Part shown: one piece after another, positions 47,011-56,358 of the stretch
How the letters are laid out: every line of letters begins with the position of its first letter
How positions within the stretch are numbered: position 1 is the first letter of the stretch
From: Candidatus Nitrosocosmicus sp.
Lineage (GTDB): Archaea; Thermoproteota; Nitrososphaeria; Nitrososphaerales; Nitrososphaeraceae
Assembly: GCA_031177355.1 (NCBI GenBank)
Contig: JAPSGR010000002.1
Coordinates: forward strand, 34,161 to 98,160
Length of the DNA stretch: 64,000 nt
Direction: 5' to 3'
Notes under the pieces: model-generated
Databases searched by the model: none
What the model saw: only the letters and a program-made list of their open reading frames with translations
Told to the model about the DNA's origin: nothing
Translations under genes and position numbers: made by a program

Positions 47011-48786
47011 TTGAAAAATAATCATTACTTGAGCCGTTCACTATATTTAAGTATCCTTCTTTTACTCGTTGCATTCTTGATTGATCATATGAGAACCTAT
47101 AATGACAATAATGCATTTGCATCTGAGATACCACAAAGTGCACTTCCAATTTCGGAGTTTGAGAAATGGAATTGCGGTATCAATAATCAAGTTAACTCAA
47201 ATTATTATGTAAAAGAAGTTCGAATCCCCGAGGTGTGTAGTATTCCCATCTCCATTGCATTTGACGAAAGAGACAACAAAGTATGGTTTATTGGGACCAG
47301 AAATGGTACATTATTTGAATATGACCCCATAAATCAAGAATTTGAATCTCATAAAGTGCCACAATGGTTTTCAAGAAATCTTCCTGCAGGTAGTTCTTGG
47401 AGTTGGGATCTAGAATTAGATAATTCTGGAAATACAATTTGGTTCACTGACGAGAAGTTAAACTCAATTTGGAGATTTGACAAAAATGACAAGAAATTTG
47501 AACAATTTATCATACCATTTTATTCAACTTTGTATGCGACATCCTATCCTGTCTCCATTGAATTTATAGATGATAAAAATCTGTATTTTGTTGGAATACG
47601 ATCATTATCTCTATGGCATGGAGATGTGGATAAAATGGCAAATGGGACTTCTTATGGAATTGAAGAAATACCGATACCATTGAATAGTACATTTAAAGGG
47701 ATTCCTGAATACGAAATTGGTTTAGGGTCGCTTGCAATTGATAATAACAAGGAAAATATATGGATTACAGCCCTAGCGTTTGAGAAAAAGGGAGTATTGA
47801 TCAAGTACGATATCAACAATAAGAAATTTTATTTATATGAATTACCTGATTCTTTCCGATCTCCTACAGGTGTAACTATCGATTCTAATAACTATATCTG
47901 GATAACAGATCATGCCACAAGTTCGTTTTACAAAGTCCATCCTCCTGTTGAGTCGAGAAAATTAACAGTATCAGATATGGAACATTTCGTTACATCTCCC
48001 TTATCATCCAGAATTTATGGCATCGAAATTGGCAACACTCATAACAGATCTAATAATTTATATGAAAATTCATTGCCATATTGGATAAAGGCCACTAAAG
48101 ATGGAACAATTTGGACGAATGAACATGTAGGCAATAGGATAGCTAAGTTTTTCCCCGTTAATAATACAATGATAGAGTATTGGATACCAAGTCAAAATAG
48201 TATTTACTCTGGTTGTAGTCCCGAAAGTAGCAATATAAAATGCGGATATTCAAATGTCTTGCAGTTCGATTTAGAACCTGAAATTTCTTTAACTAATTCG
48301 AGTGGCCGTATCTCGAAAGTTTGGTTTACCGAACAATCAGAGAATAAATTTGGGTTCATTGATCTTGAAAAGAAAATTCCTGTATCATTGACAAATATTC
48401 CCAACCTTTTAAACATTAGAAATGATATCGAAAACGAAACCATAAGGTTACAAATGAATGTAAACCTAGAACAAATAAAAAAGGATGATAGTTTCGCTAG
48501 GCCATCCCTTTCAAACAATAATAGCATAACTCTTAAACCTGTGATATCAAGCTCATTTAGCTCAAATGGTAATTTAAACGGACTAGAAGCGAGATTTAGC
48601 CCAGAAATACTCCAAATCAACCTTGACCACAATAACAACCAGACCAATAATAAATCCAGTAACATTATTAATATCAGCTTAAAACCAGTGCATCACATTA
48701 TGCCAGGTAAATACAACTTGATGATCGGGGTTGAAAGCCAAGATTTTACTATTATTAAGAAAGTACAATTAAATGTAAATGAGTGA
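47011..48786 (+). CDS. Secreted/anchored Vgb-lyase-like (NHL) beta-propeller protein
   Basis: N-terminal hydrophobic helix; repeated P.GI/V..D...IWFT blades (IWFTDE, IWITDH, IWTNEH, VWFTEQ); beta-rich C-terminal domain. Confidence 0.75.
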   Translation: MKNNHYLSRSLYLSILLLLVAFLIDHMRTYNDNNAFASEIPQSALPISEFEKWNCGINNQVNSNYYVKEVRIPEVCSIPISIAFDERDNKVWFIGTRNGTLFEYDPINQEFESHKVPQWFSRNLPAGSSWSWDLELDNSGNTIWFTDEKLNSIWRFDKNDKKFEQFIIPFYSTLYATSYPVSIEFIDDKNLYFVGIRSLSLWHGDVDKMANGTSYGIEEIPIPLNSTFKGIPEYEIGLGSLAIDNNKENIWITALAFEKKGVLIKYDINNKKFYLYELPDSFRSPTGVTIDSNNYIWITDHATSSFYKVHPPVESRKLTVSDMEHFVTSPLSSRIYGIEIGNTHNRSNNLYENSLPYWIKATKDGTIWTNEHVGNRIAKFFPVNNTMIEYWIPSQNSIYSGCSPESSNIKCGYSNVLQFDLEPEISLTNSSGRISKVWFTEQSENKFGFIDLEKKIPVSLTNIPNLLNIRNDIENETIRLQMNVNLEQIKKDDSFARPSLSNNNSITLKPVISSSFSSNGNLNGLEARFSPEILQINLDHNNNQTNNKSSNIINISLKPVHHIMPGKYNLMIGVESQDFTIIKKVQLNVNE

Positions 48787-48816
48787 AGAAACTTGAGTGA
48801 TTAAGATAACCAAAAA

Positions 48817-50160
48817 TCAAGTATCACTAGCATACCTAAAGCCTGAAAAAAGAATTCTTTCATGTGGTTTAAAGTAGTTCCTATAGCTATTGCGTATTTG
48901 TTTTTTCGGGGTAGCAAAACATCCTCCACGAAGTACTTTTTGATTTATCGCCCATTTGTCTGTATATTCCTCGAATCTTGATACAAATCCAGGATATAAA
49001 TTATACTCTGAAGATGTCCATTCCCAAACATCTCCCAACATTTGGTAACATCCGCTATGGCTTTTTCCTTTGGGAAAACATCCGGCTTCAGTAGGATGCC
49101 AAATATTCATATCCATCAAGTTAGCATGTTCAGGAGTTATTTCATCATTTCCCCATGGATAAAGTGTTATAGTATCATCAGAACAATTCCATGAGGCTGC
49201 TTTTTCCCATTCTGCTTCTGTTGGCAATCTTTTTTTTGCCCACTTGCAAAATGCATCCGCCTCGTAGTAACTCACATTTACAACAGGTTCATTTTCACGA
49301 ATTTTGTGAATACCCCGAAAATCCTTTTTCATCCACGTATTTTGACTTTTGTCAAAACTCCAATATAAGGGGGAATTCCAATCTTCAGTCGTTACTATAT
49401 CCCATCCATCTGCTAACCAGTATCTATAGTTCTGATAGCCACCAGATTCAATAAAGTCTATAAAGTCCTTATTCGTAACTAGTGTATTTCCGATTTTATA
49501 ATCATTCAAGTAGACATTATGCTGAGGCAATTCATTATCATAACAAAAGGCACTTCCTTGGTATCCCATTACAAAAAGTCCTCCTGGTACAGTAACCATT
49601 TCCTTTTGAACCTTTTCTACTACATCAATTGTACAATTAGTTTTGGGACTATAGTTGTCACTTTCATTTATGAAACGACTATAATAATGCTGAAAGTCGT
49701 ATATCATGAGTTCCTGGTGTTGTCTTTCATGGTTAATTGCTATTTGAATATCCCAGACTAAACCTTTTAGATTATCCACTTTATCGATATTATCATACTT
49801 TAGATAATCTAAGAATAATCTCTCAATTTCCTTTCTGTATTTAATGGTTTGTAAAACTGTGGGGCGAGGGTACTTTCCCCTATCGCTTTTCTTTAATATC
49901 GACCCATATTTTTGATAATAAGAATTCAAATATGAAAGATCGTAAACACCTCTTAAAGAGAGGGGTAATAAATAATATTTCTCTAATATCTTATGAAAAA
50001 ACCATGTCACATGTCCTATATGCCAATTTGGAGGACTTCCAAACTCACTAGATTGAATAACTGCGTCCTCTATGCCCAATGGAGAAAATAGCTCCATTGT
50101 TTTATTTCTCACCTCTATAAACTCCTTAGCTAACACTTCCAATTGCATCGAGACTTGCAT
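48817..50160 (-). CDS. egtB: EgtB-type sulfoxide synthase (DinB_2 + FGE-sulfatase domains)
   Basis: SPPNWHIGHVTWFF, NSYY, RP, HERQHQEL iron ligands, RLPTEAEWE, GDVWEWT, VLRGG and RNYF...FSGFR motifs. Confidence 0.85.
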   Translation of the reverse strand: MQVSMQLEVLAKEFIEVRNKTMELFSPLGIEDAVIQSSEFGSPPNWHIGHVTWFFHKILEKYYLLPLSLRGVYDLSYLNSYYQKYGSILKKSDRGKYPRPTVLQTIKYRKEIERLFLDYLKYDNIDKVDNLKGLVWDIQIAINHERQHQELMIYDFQHYYSRFINESDNYSPKTNCTIDVVEKVQKEMVTVPGGLFVMGYQGSAFCYDNELPQHNVYLNDYKIGNTLVTNKDFIDFIESGGYQNYRYWLADGWDIVTTEDWNSPLYWSFDKSQNTWMKKDFRGIHKIRENEPVVNVSYYEADAFCKWAKKRLPTEAEWEKAASWNCSDDTITLYPWGNDEITPEHANLMDMNIWHPTEAGCFPKGKSHSGCYQMLGDVWEWTSSEYNLYPGFVSRFEEYTDKWAINQKVLRGGCFATPKKQIRNSYRNYFKPHERILFSGFRYASDT

Positions 50161-50268
50161 TTTATTCTATAGTAAACGAAAAAGTATTTTAATTTACTTT
50201 GATAAAAATGGCTCTAGAATATCAAAGTTGAAATATCCATTAATATTATAGTAGTGTACTGATATAGA

Positions 50269-50616
50269 TTGGAAAACAGTGAATCACAACCATCAGGAAT
50301 AGAGCAAATTTCACAAGGTGACAATAGTCAAAGAAGATTTTCTAACAGAAGAAACGAGAACGGAGGAGGTAGTAATAATAATGGAGGCGGAAGCTATAAT
50401 AGATTTTTTAAGCCATCCCCAGTAAACGCAGGAGAAGAACATGAAATTGACATAGAATCAATGAGCAAAAGAGGAGATGCAGGAGTAGGAAGGATTCAAG
50501 GATTAGTAATTTTTGTTCCTAATACGAAGGTAGGAGACAAGGTGAAAGTAAAGATCACTCGTGTCGGAAGAGGTTATGCTACGGCAGATTTGGTAGAAGC
50601 TAAGACTGAAGAATAA
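50269..50616 (+). CDS. Single-TRAM-domain RNA-binding (RNA chaperone) protein with Gly/Asn-rich N-terminal extension
   Basis: PV..GEE.E..IE....RGD.GVGRIQGLVIFVP.TKVGDKVKVKI pattern. Confidence 0.88.
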   Translation: MENSESQPSGIEQISQGDNSQRRFSNRRNENGGGSNNNGGGSYNRFFKPSPVNAGEEHEIDIESMSKRGDAGVGRIQGLVIFVPNTKVGDKVKVKITRVGRGYATADLVEAKTEE

Positions 50617-50669
50617 GTTAAAAAAACTTTATAGTTTTTTCCAAAAATTTTATTATTATTTACATTCAA

Positions 50670-51743
50670 ATGAGTTATCACTCGACTCATATTATGCAGT
50701 TACCCAGAAAGGTAATTATAGGTAACAACATTTTACGAGATTGTGGAGTGTTGATTAAAGAGGGCAATTCGAATGTGAAAAGAATTGCCATTATAAGTGG
50801 ACCAAATGTTAAGAGCAAAGTAGCCAGTTTGATTGAATCGAGTTTATCTGACAGAAATATAGAGTTCCAATGGATAATAGCTTATGAGGCATCATTTTAT
50901 TTTGCTGATAAAATTATAAATCTACTTAAGAATGATGAAATATCAATCATAGTCGGCCTTGGTGGAGGCCGATGTATTGACCTTGGAAAGCTGATTGCAA
51001 GTCGCTTACATGTTTCATTTATAAGTATACCCACTTCTGCTTCTCATGATGGTATATCTAGCCCCTTTGTTTCTTTAAAAGGGAATGAGCGGCCTTATTC
51101 CATTATGGCGGAAACTCCTTTGGAGATTATTTGCGATTTAGATATCATTTCCAATGCGCCTTATCGATTACTTGCTAGTGGCTGTGGTGACTTGATAGCA
51201 AAGACTACAGCGGTAAGGGATTGGGAATTAGCAAGAGATTATAACAACGAGTATTTTGGAGAATATGCCGCTAAACTGGCTTTTTTAGGATCGAGAATGA
51301 TTGTAGATATTTCAAATGAAATGCATGGGTCAAAGCCATCGGGCGGAGTTACACGAACGATCGTGGAAGGGTTAATTAGTTCAGGGGTTGCAGCGGGAAT
51401 AGCGGGAAGTAGCAGGCCATGTTCAGGCTCAGAACATCTATTTAGTCATGCACTGGAATATATAACAAAAAACAAGTGTGGATTGCATGGTGAAAGAGTT
51501 GGAATAGGTACAATCATCATGTCCAAATTGCATGGAGTAAACTGGAAAGAAATTAGGGATGCTTTGTTTAGAATAAAGGCACCTACAACGGCTAAGGAAA
51601 TCAATGTTGACAAAGATCAACTTATCGACGCAATGATATTAGCAAAGAAAATTCGTCCAGAGCGATTCACTATTTTAAATAGAATCGAACTCAACAGGAC
51701 TCAATGTCAAGACATATTTGCAGAGTTAGGAATTTTGGATTAA
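50670..51743 (+). CDS. egsA: sn-glycerol-1-phosphate dehydrogenase
   Basis: GLGGGRCID.GK, PTSASHDG..SP, SGCGD..AK and SSRPCSGSEHLFSHAL...LHGE motifs. Confidence 0.95.
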   Translation: MSYHSTHIMQLPRKVIIGNNILRDCGVLIKEGNSNVKRIAIISGPNVKSKVASLIESSLSDRNIEFQWIIAYEASFYFADKIINLLKNDEISIIVGLGGGRCIDLGKLIASRLHVSFISIPTSASHDGISSPFVSLKGNERPYSIMAETPLEIICDLDIISNAPYRLLASGCGDLIAKTTAVRDWELARDYNNEYFGEYAAKLAFLGSRMIVDISNEMHGSKPSGGVTRTIVEGLISSGVAAGIAGSSRPCSGSEHLFSHALEYITKNKCGLHGERVGIGTIIMSKLHGVNWKEIRDALFRIKAPTTAKEINVDKDQLIDAMILAKKIRPERFTILNRIELNRTQCQDIFAELGILD

Positions 51744-51773
51744 AAAAAAGATAAATTAAAAAAGGTTTCCAAG

Positions 51774-52631
51774 TTACGGTTCTTCTTCTCTTTTTGGTTT
51801 ATCTTTATCAGAATCTGTAGTTAAGTCGCTAATATTATCACTTTTGTTATCTAGTGTCTTATTACTTTCAGATTTAGGAATTGGATCGGTATTTGTTGTA
51901 GAATCACCTACTGTTTTTGTTTCAGTGGAGGAGGTTTCAGATTTTGAAGATAAATTATCATACTTCTCAATAAATATAACGCTTTTTAAAGATGGAATAA
52001 ATTTAAAGATATCTGCAGATATTCCGCGTTTGATAATTTGAATTCCTTCGATTAAAAGGGTATTCTCAGGAAGTGAAATCTCCAAATTTGAATCTTTATT
52101 TTCATATTTAACATCAGCTGTATCGATAGGTAAACGACGTCTAATGAGGTTAACAATTTTTTCATCATCACTATCCAATTTCTTTACTATGTTTGCATTA
52201 TATACTAGGGTCCTTCCAGCATATTTATGATTAAAATCGACTTGTACACGTCCAGAACCTATGAATCGTATAATACCGATACGATCGTCGATCTCTATCA
52301 CATCGCCAATACTAACTTCATTCGCTTTTTCTCCTAGTTTACGTAATGGTATCATACGCACTTTAGATGGATCTCGTTCTCCAAAGGCCTTTTCTGGAGG
52401 AATTTCAATATTCAAAGGCGTATCAATACTGGATTGAAGTAACGCTTCGTCCAAACCTTTTAAAACCCAGCCTTCGCCCACACCTAATAGCCGCGGTTCA
52501 TATTTCTTGTTGGGATCAAAATCAGGATTATTCTTTACATCATCTATCCTAGTAGTCTCAAAAATTTCATCAGAATCTTTAATCTTAGCAGTATAATCTA
52601 ACAGAATAAGAGAACCTTTTTCTAATGTCAT
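51774..52631 (-). CDS. slyD: FKBP-type peptidyl-prolyl isomerase (SlyD-like, long archaeal form)
   Basis: LDYT, FETT, GLDEAL, PEKAFGERDP and VDFNHKYAG motifs. Confidence 0.9.
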   Translation of the reverse strand: MTLEKGSLILLDYTAKIKDSDEIFETTRIDDVKNNPDFDPNKKYEPRLLGVGEGWVLKGLDEALLQSSIDTPLNIEIPPEKAFGERDPSKVRMIPLRKLGEKANEVSIGDVIEIDDRIGIIRFIGSGRVQVDFNHKYAGRTLVYNANIVKKLDSDDEKIVNLIRRRLPIDTADVKYENKDSNLEISLPENTLLIEGIQIIKRGISADIFKFIPSLKSVIFIEKYDNLSSKSETSSTETKTVGDSTTNTDPIPKSESNKTLDNKSDNISDLTTDSDKDKPKREEEP

Positions 52632-52686
52632 AAAATTCGCTATAAAGTTTCCTTATATTAAGTTTGACAAATATATGAAATAAATA

Positions 52687-53832
52687 TTAAAGCTTTGCTA
52701 AAGCTTTGTTTATGGAACCCGAGGGTATATCTATGCTCATCATTCTAAAAGCTGATTCAATTGCAGATAAGGTCCTTACGACATGATACTTATTGACTTC
52801 GCCCATTGATCCAATTCTAAACACTTTACCCTTTAAGTTTCCAAATCCACCTGCTACCAACACCTTAAACTCATTAGACAATAGGTCTCGAAATTTCTTG
52901 TCATCCACCCCTTCAAGATAATTGACGGCTATGACCACGTTACTTCTAGCATCAGACTTTGCGTATGGAGATAAACCCATAGCCCCTAACCCTTCATAAA
53001 ATGCATCAGCACATTTTCTATGTCTTTCAATACGCTTATCTAGCCCCTCTTCAAATATGAGATTTAGGGCTTCATCATAAGCATAGCACAATGGCAATGC
53101 GGGTGTAAAAGGAGTTTCAAAATGTTCCTCATAGTATTTGAAATATCTCTTAAGATTAAAATAAAGAATTGGTGACGGGTTTTCTTGAATATACTTCTTT
53201 GTCTTTGGACTAATGGAAATAGGAGACACTCCAGGTGGCGCTGCAATGGCCTTTTGAGAAGCGGTAACACATAAATCGATATTCCATTTATCTACAGGCA
53301 ATTCATCGCCTCCAAGAATTGATACCGAATCTGCTATGAAAAAGGTATCAGTCTTTGTGCACAATTCACCTAACTTATCCATATAGCGGATGGTAGTTCC
53401 CGTAGATGTTTCGTTATAAACAGCATATAATGCTTTTATATCCTTATGAGTATCGAATACTTCTTCAAATTTTTCATATGGTGGGTTTTCACCATATGGT
53501 GACTCAATCCTAATAGATTGTCCACCCCAACTATCAATCAAGTCAGCCAACCGTGTGCTAAATTCGCCATTGACAGGAATCACAACTTTATCCCCTTTCT
53601 TTACTAGGTTTACCACTGATGATTCCACAGCACCAGTGCCCGATGCAGATAACAAAACTACATCACTTTCAGTTTGAAATAGCTTTTGTGTTTTTTCGAT
53701 AATGGATTTATATAAATTCCTAAAATCTTCGCTCCTATGATTAATAATAGGAGCTAACATAGCATTCATTACTCTGTTCGGAACATTGGTGGGACCGGGC
53801 AACATAACTAAATATTCCATTGCAACTTTCAA
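52687..53832 (-). CDS. Class V PLP aminotransferase (alanine-glyoxylate/serine-pyruvate family)
   Basis: MLPGPT, SGTGAVE, YNETSTG, DSVS, ASQKA.AAPPG, TP and FRIG.MG motifs. Confidence 0.92.
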   Translation of the reverse strand: MKVAMEYLVMLPGPTNVPNRVMNAMLAPIINHRSEDFRNLYKSIIEKTQKLFQTESDVVLLSASGTGAVESSVVNLVKKGDKVVIPVNGEFSTRLADLIDSWGGQSIRIESPYGENPPYEKFEEVFDTHKDIKALYAVYNETSTGTTIRYMDKLGELCTKTDTFFIADSVSILGGDELPVDKWNIDLCVTASQKAIAAPPGVSPISISPKTKKYIQENPSPILYFNLKRYFKYYEEHFETPFTPALPLCYAYDEALNLIFEEGLDKRIERHRKCADAFYEGLGAMGLSPYAKSDARSNVVIAVNYLEGVDDKKFRDLLSNEFKVLVAGGFGNLKGKVFRIGSMGEVNKYHVVRTLSAIESAFRMMSIDIPSGSINKALAKL

Positions 53833-53901
53833 AATTACAGGATACTTTCCCGTTATTTATAAGTAATTCAGAAGTAACATATCTGGAAGGGCAAAAAGAT
53901 C

Positions 53902-55047
53902 ATGAGAAGAGTTGACTCAAGAAAACAAAAACTCCTAACAAAACTAGGCACATTGACCTCAAAGACCAAAGCAAGGGGACAATTGACAGCAATAATCGAC
54001 AAGCCCGAAGACATATTTTACTATACTTGTTATTGGGGAGAAGGCATACTGATCATGAAAGAAAACGAAGAAAGTAAATTGATTGTTCCGAGATTAGAAT
54101 ATTTAAGAGCAGTAAGTTCATCAAAGGAATGTGACATTGTATCTTCAGAAAGAGGAAAAGGATTAACAAATTCGCTTTTGAAACATCTCGGATCAGATAA
54201 TATTGTATGCTATGGTGGCAATGATTACTGGACAGCTAATATCATTGCCAAACAAGTTGGAAAGAGAAATTTGATTCTAGGTGAAGAACAATTGAAGAAG
54301 GTCAGAGAAATCAAGGATAAACAAGAAATTGAAACTATCAAAAATGCATCCAACATTATTGACAAATTATTTGAAATTGCTAAAAAAGAAATTAAAATCA
54401 ACATTTCTGAGGAGGAAATTCAGTCCATTTTGGTATACGAGGCTATGAATCGTGGTGCTAGATTTCCAAATTATCAGTTTACCTCTAACCCTCTAATAGT
54501 TGCAAGCGGACCCAATGGCTCATTTCCTCATGCTGAAACTTCTTCGAGAAGGATCAAGAATGGTGATTTTGTTGTACTAGATATTACACTAAGCTACAAT
54601 CACTACATTTCGGACGCAACAAGGACATTTGGAGTAGGAAAGATATCTAAAAAAATGCAAGACGCGTATAATTTAGTAAAACATGCCCAGGAAAGCGCGA
54701 TTGAAAGAATAAAATCTACGAACAACTTTGCTGAAGTCGATTTAGAGGGTAGAAAGATAATCCAGGAAGGTGGATACGGCGATTTTTTCATTCATTCTAC
54801 AGGTCATGGAATTGGATTAGAAGTCCATGAATTACCTTGGATTAGACCGCAGACATACACCACAATCAAAGAAAATATGACAATAACAATCGAACCTGGG
54901 GTGTACATTGAGAACAAATTTGGAATAAGGATTGAAGATAGTTTATGTATAACTACAAAAAGGAATTCCAAAAAAAGATTAAGTGAATTTGATAGATATG
55001 ACTATATCAATTTTCACAAATTCGATAAAAGTTTAATTGTGATATGA
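53902..55047 (+). CDS. Xaa-Pro peptidase (M24B)
   Basis: IVASG, PH, D...Y.SD.TRT, HSTGHGIGLEVHE, TIEPGVY and GIRIED motifs. Confidence 0.92.
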   Translation: MRRVDSRKQKLLTKLGTLTSKTKARGQLTAIIDKPEDIFYYTCYWGEGILIMKENEESKLIVPRLEYLRAVSSSKECDIVSSERGKGLTNSLLKHLGSDNIVCYGGNDYWTANIIAKQVGKRNLILGEEQLKKVREIKDKQEIETIKNASNIIDKLFEIAKKEIKINISEEEIQSILVYEAMNRGARFPNYQFTSNPLIVASGPNGSFPHAETSSRRIKNGDFVVLDITLSYNHYISDATRTFGVGKISKKMQDAYNLVKHAQESAIERIKSTNNFAEVDLEGRKIIQEGGYGDFFIHSTGHGIGLEVHELPWIRPQTYTTIKENMTITIEPGVYIENKFGIRIEDSLCITTKRNSKKRLSEFDRYDYINFHKFDKSLIVI

Positions 55048-55099
55048 TATAATTTATTTAACAAACGATCAGTCATAGTTTATGACTATATAATATTCA

Positions 55100-55168
55100 T
55101 TGGGGATGAAGTATTTCGCTGCTCCAGTCTGAGCATGACAATGATGACCCTGCGACGAGCTGACCCAA
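55100..55168 (+). ncRNA. Box C/D 2'-O-methylation guide sRNA (candidate)
   Basis: Terminal stem TTGG(G)...CCCAA; box C-like GGGATGA 55103-55109; D' CTGA 55129-55132; perfect C' ATGATGA 55141-55147; 12-nt guide; box D CTGA 55160-55163. GC-rich island in AT-rich intergenic DNA. Confidence 0.75.
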
Positions 55169-55415
55169 AATATAAGCAATTAGATGTTAATAATGCATAT
55201 ATATAACAATCACAATAGTAGGTCGATATATTACTAACCATAACTCCTTTTTACAGTATCTCACTTTGACAAGTTCATTTGAAAAGTATACTTTCGATTT
55301 AAAATGACGACTAAAAGAGTTACTATGAGTAACTCATAAGAAAAATATCTTCAACATTGTTCTAAAGTCTAAATCGCAAGGTTAAATTAAACATTAAGAA
55401 GTATAATATAACTAA

Positions 55416-56297
55416 ATGGAACTTGTCTATGATTATCCACTCTATCGACCGCCATCTGAATCACGTTCATTGATATTCCAGGTCACTTTGGGATGTTCCT
55501 TCAATAAGTGTTCGTTTTGTAACATGTATAGAACAAAGGACTATTCGGAGAGGCCTCTAGATGAGATTTTTAAAGAGATTAAACTTATGGCAAAGTATTT
55601 TCCTAATACTAGACGGGTGTTTTTGGCTGATGGGGATGCTATGAATCTAGCGACTGAAAAATTAATTGACATAATTTCTAGAATAAGGGAAAATTTTGGT
55701 TCTATAGAGAGAATCTCCTCGTATTCTATGCCCAAGAACTTGCTCCAAAAATCTCCTCAGGAATTAAAGTCTTTGAAACAGGCAGGATTAGACATGATAT
55801 ACTTAGGTATAGAGAGCGGAAATGACAAGATATTGAAAAAGGTTACGAAGGGTGCAACTTCTAAAATGATCATTGAGAGTTGCCAAAAGGCAAAGGATGC
55901 AGGATTCATTCTTTCTTGCATGATAATCTTAGGATTAGGGGGAAAAACATACACTAAGGAACATGCAAAAGATACTTCCAGGATAATAAGTACAATTTCC
56001 CCGGATTTTGTAGGTGCCTTGACTTTATATATGGAGCCAAATATTGAAGAAGAATTTTATGAGAAATTTGGAGAACAATTCATACCGCTTGAAGACAATG
56101 AAGTTTTAGATGAATTGTATTGGTTAATAGAGGATATCAATCTATCAACTGATTCAATTTTTAGAGCAAACCATGCTTCAAATGTTTATGCTATCGGAGG
56201 TACACTACCCAAAGACAAAGGAGAAATATTACAAAAAATTGACCAGTTAAAAGGGCATCCCGAATTATTTAAGCCCAAAGTACTAAGGAGGTTTTAA
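55416..56297 (+). CDS. Radical SAM protein of unknown function
   Basis: YRPPSE..SL..QVTLGCSFNKCSFC (CxxxCxxC), FLADGDA, GIESG and FRANHASN motifs. Confidence 0.9.
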   Translation: MELVYDYPLYRPPSESRSLIFQVTLGCSFNKCSFCNMYRTKDYSERPLDEIFKEIKLMAKYFPNTRRVFLADGDAMNLATEKLIDIISRIRENFGSIERISSYSMPKNLLQKSPQELKSLKQAGLDMIYLGIESGNDKILKKVTKGATSKMIIESCQKAKDAGFILSCMIILGLGGKTYTKEHAKDTSRIISTISPDFVGALTLYMEPNIEEEFYEKFGEQFIPLEDNEVLDELYWLIEDINLSTDSIFRANHASNVYAIGGTLPKDKGEILQKIDQLKGHPELFKPKVLRRF

Positions 56298-56358
56298 AAG
56301 ATATAAGCCAAGTAAATAAATTTTTTTAATTAAAAAAAATATTGATAACTTATTTAAT

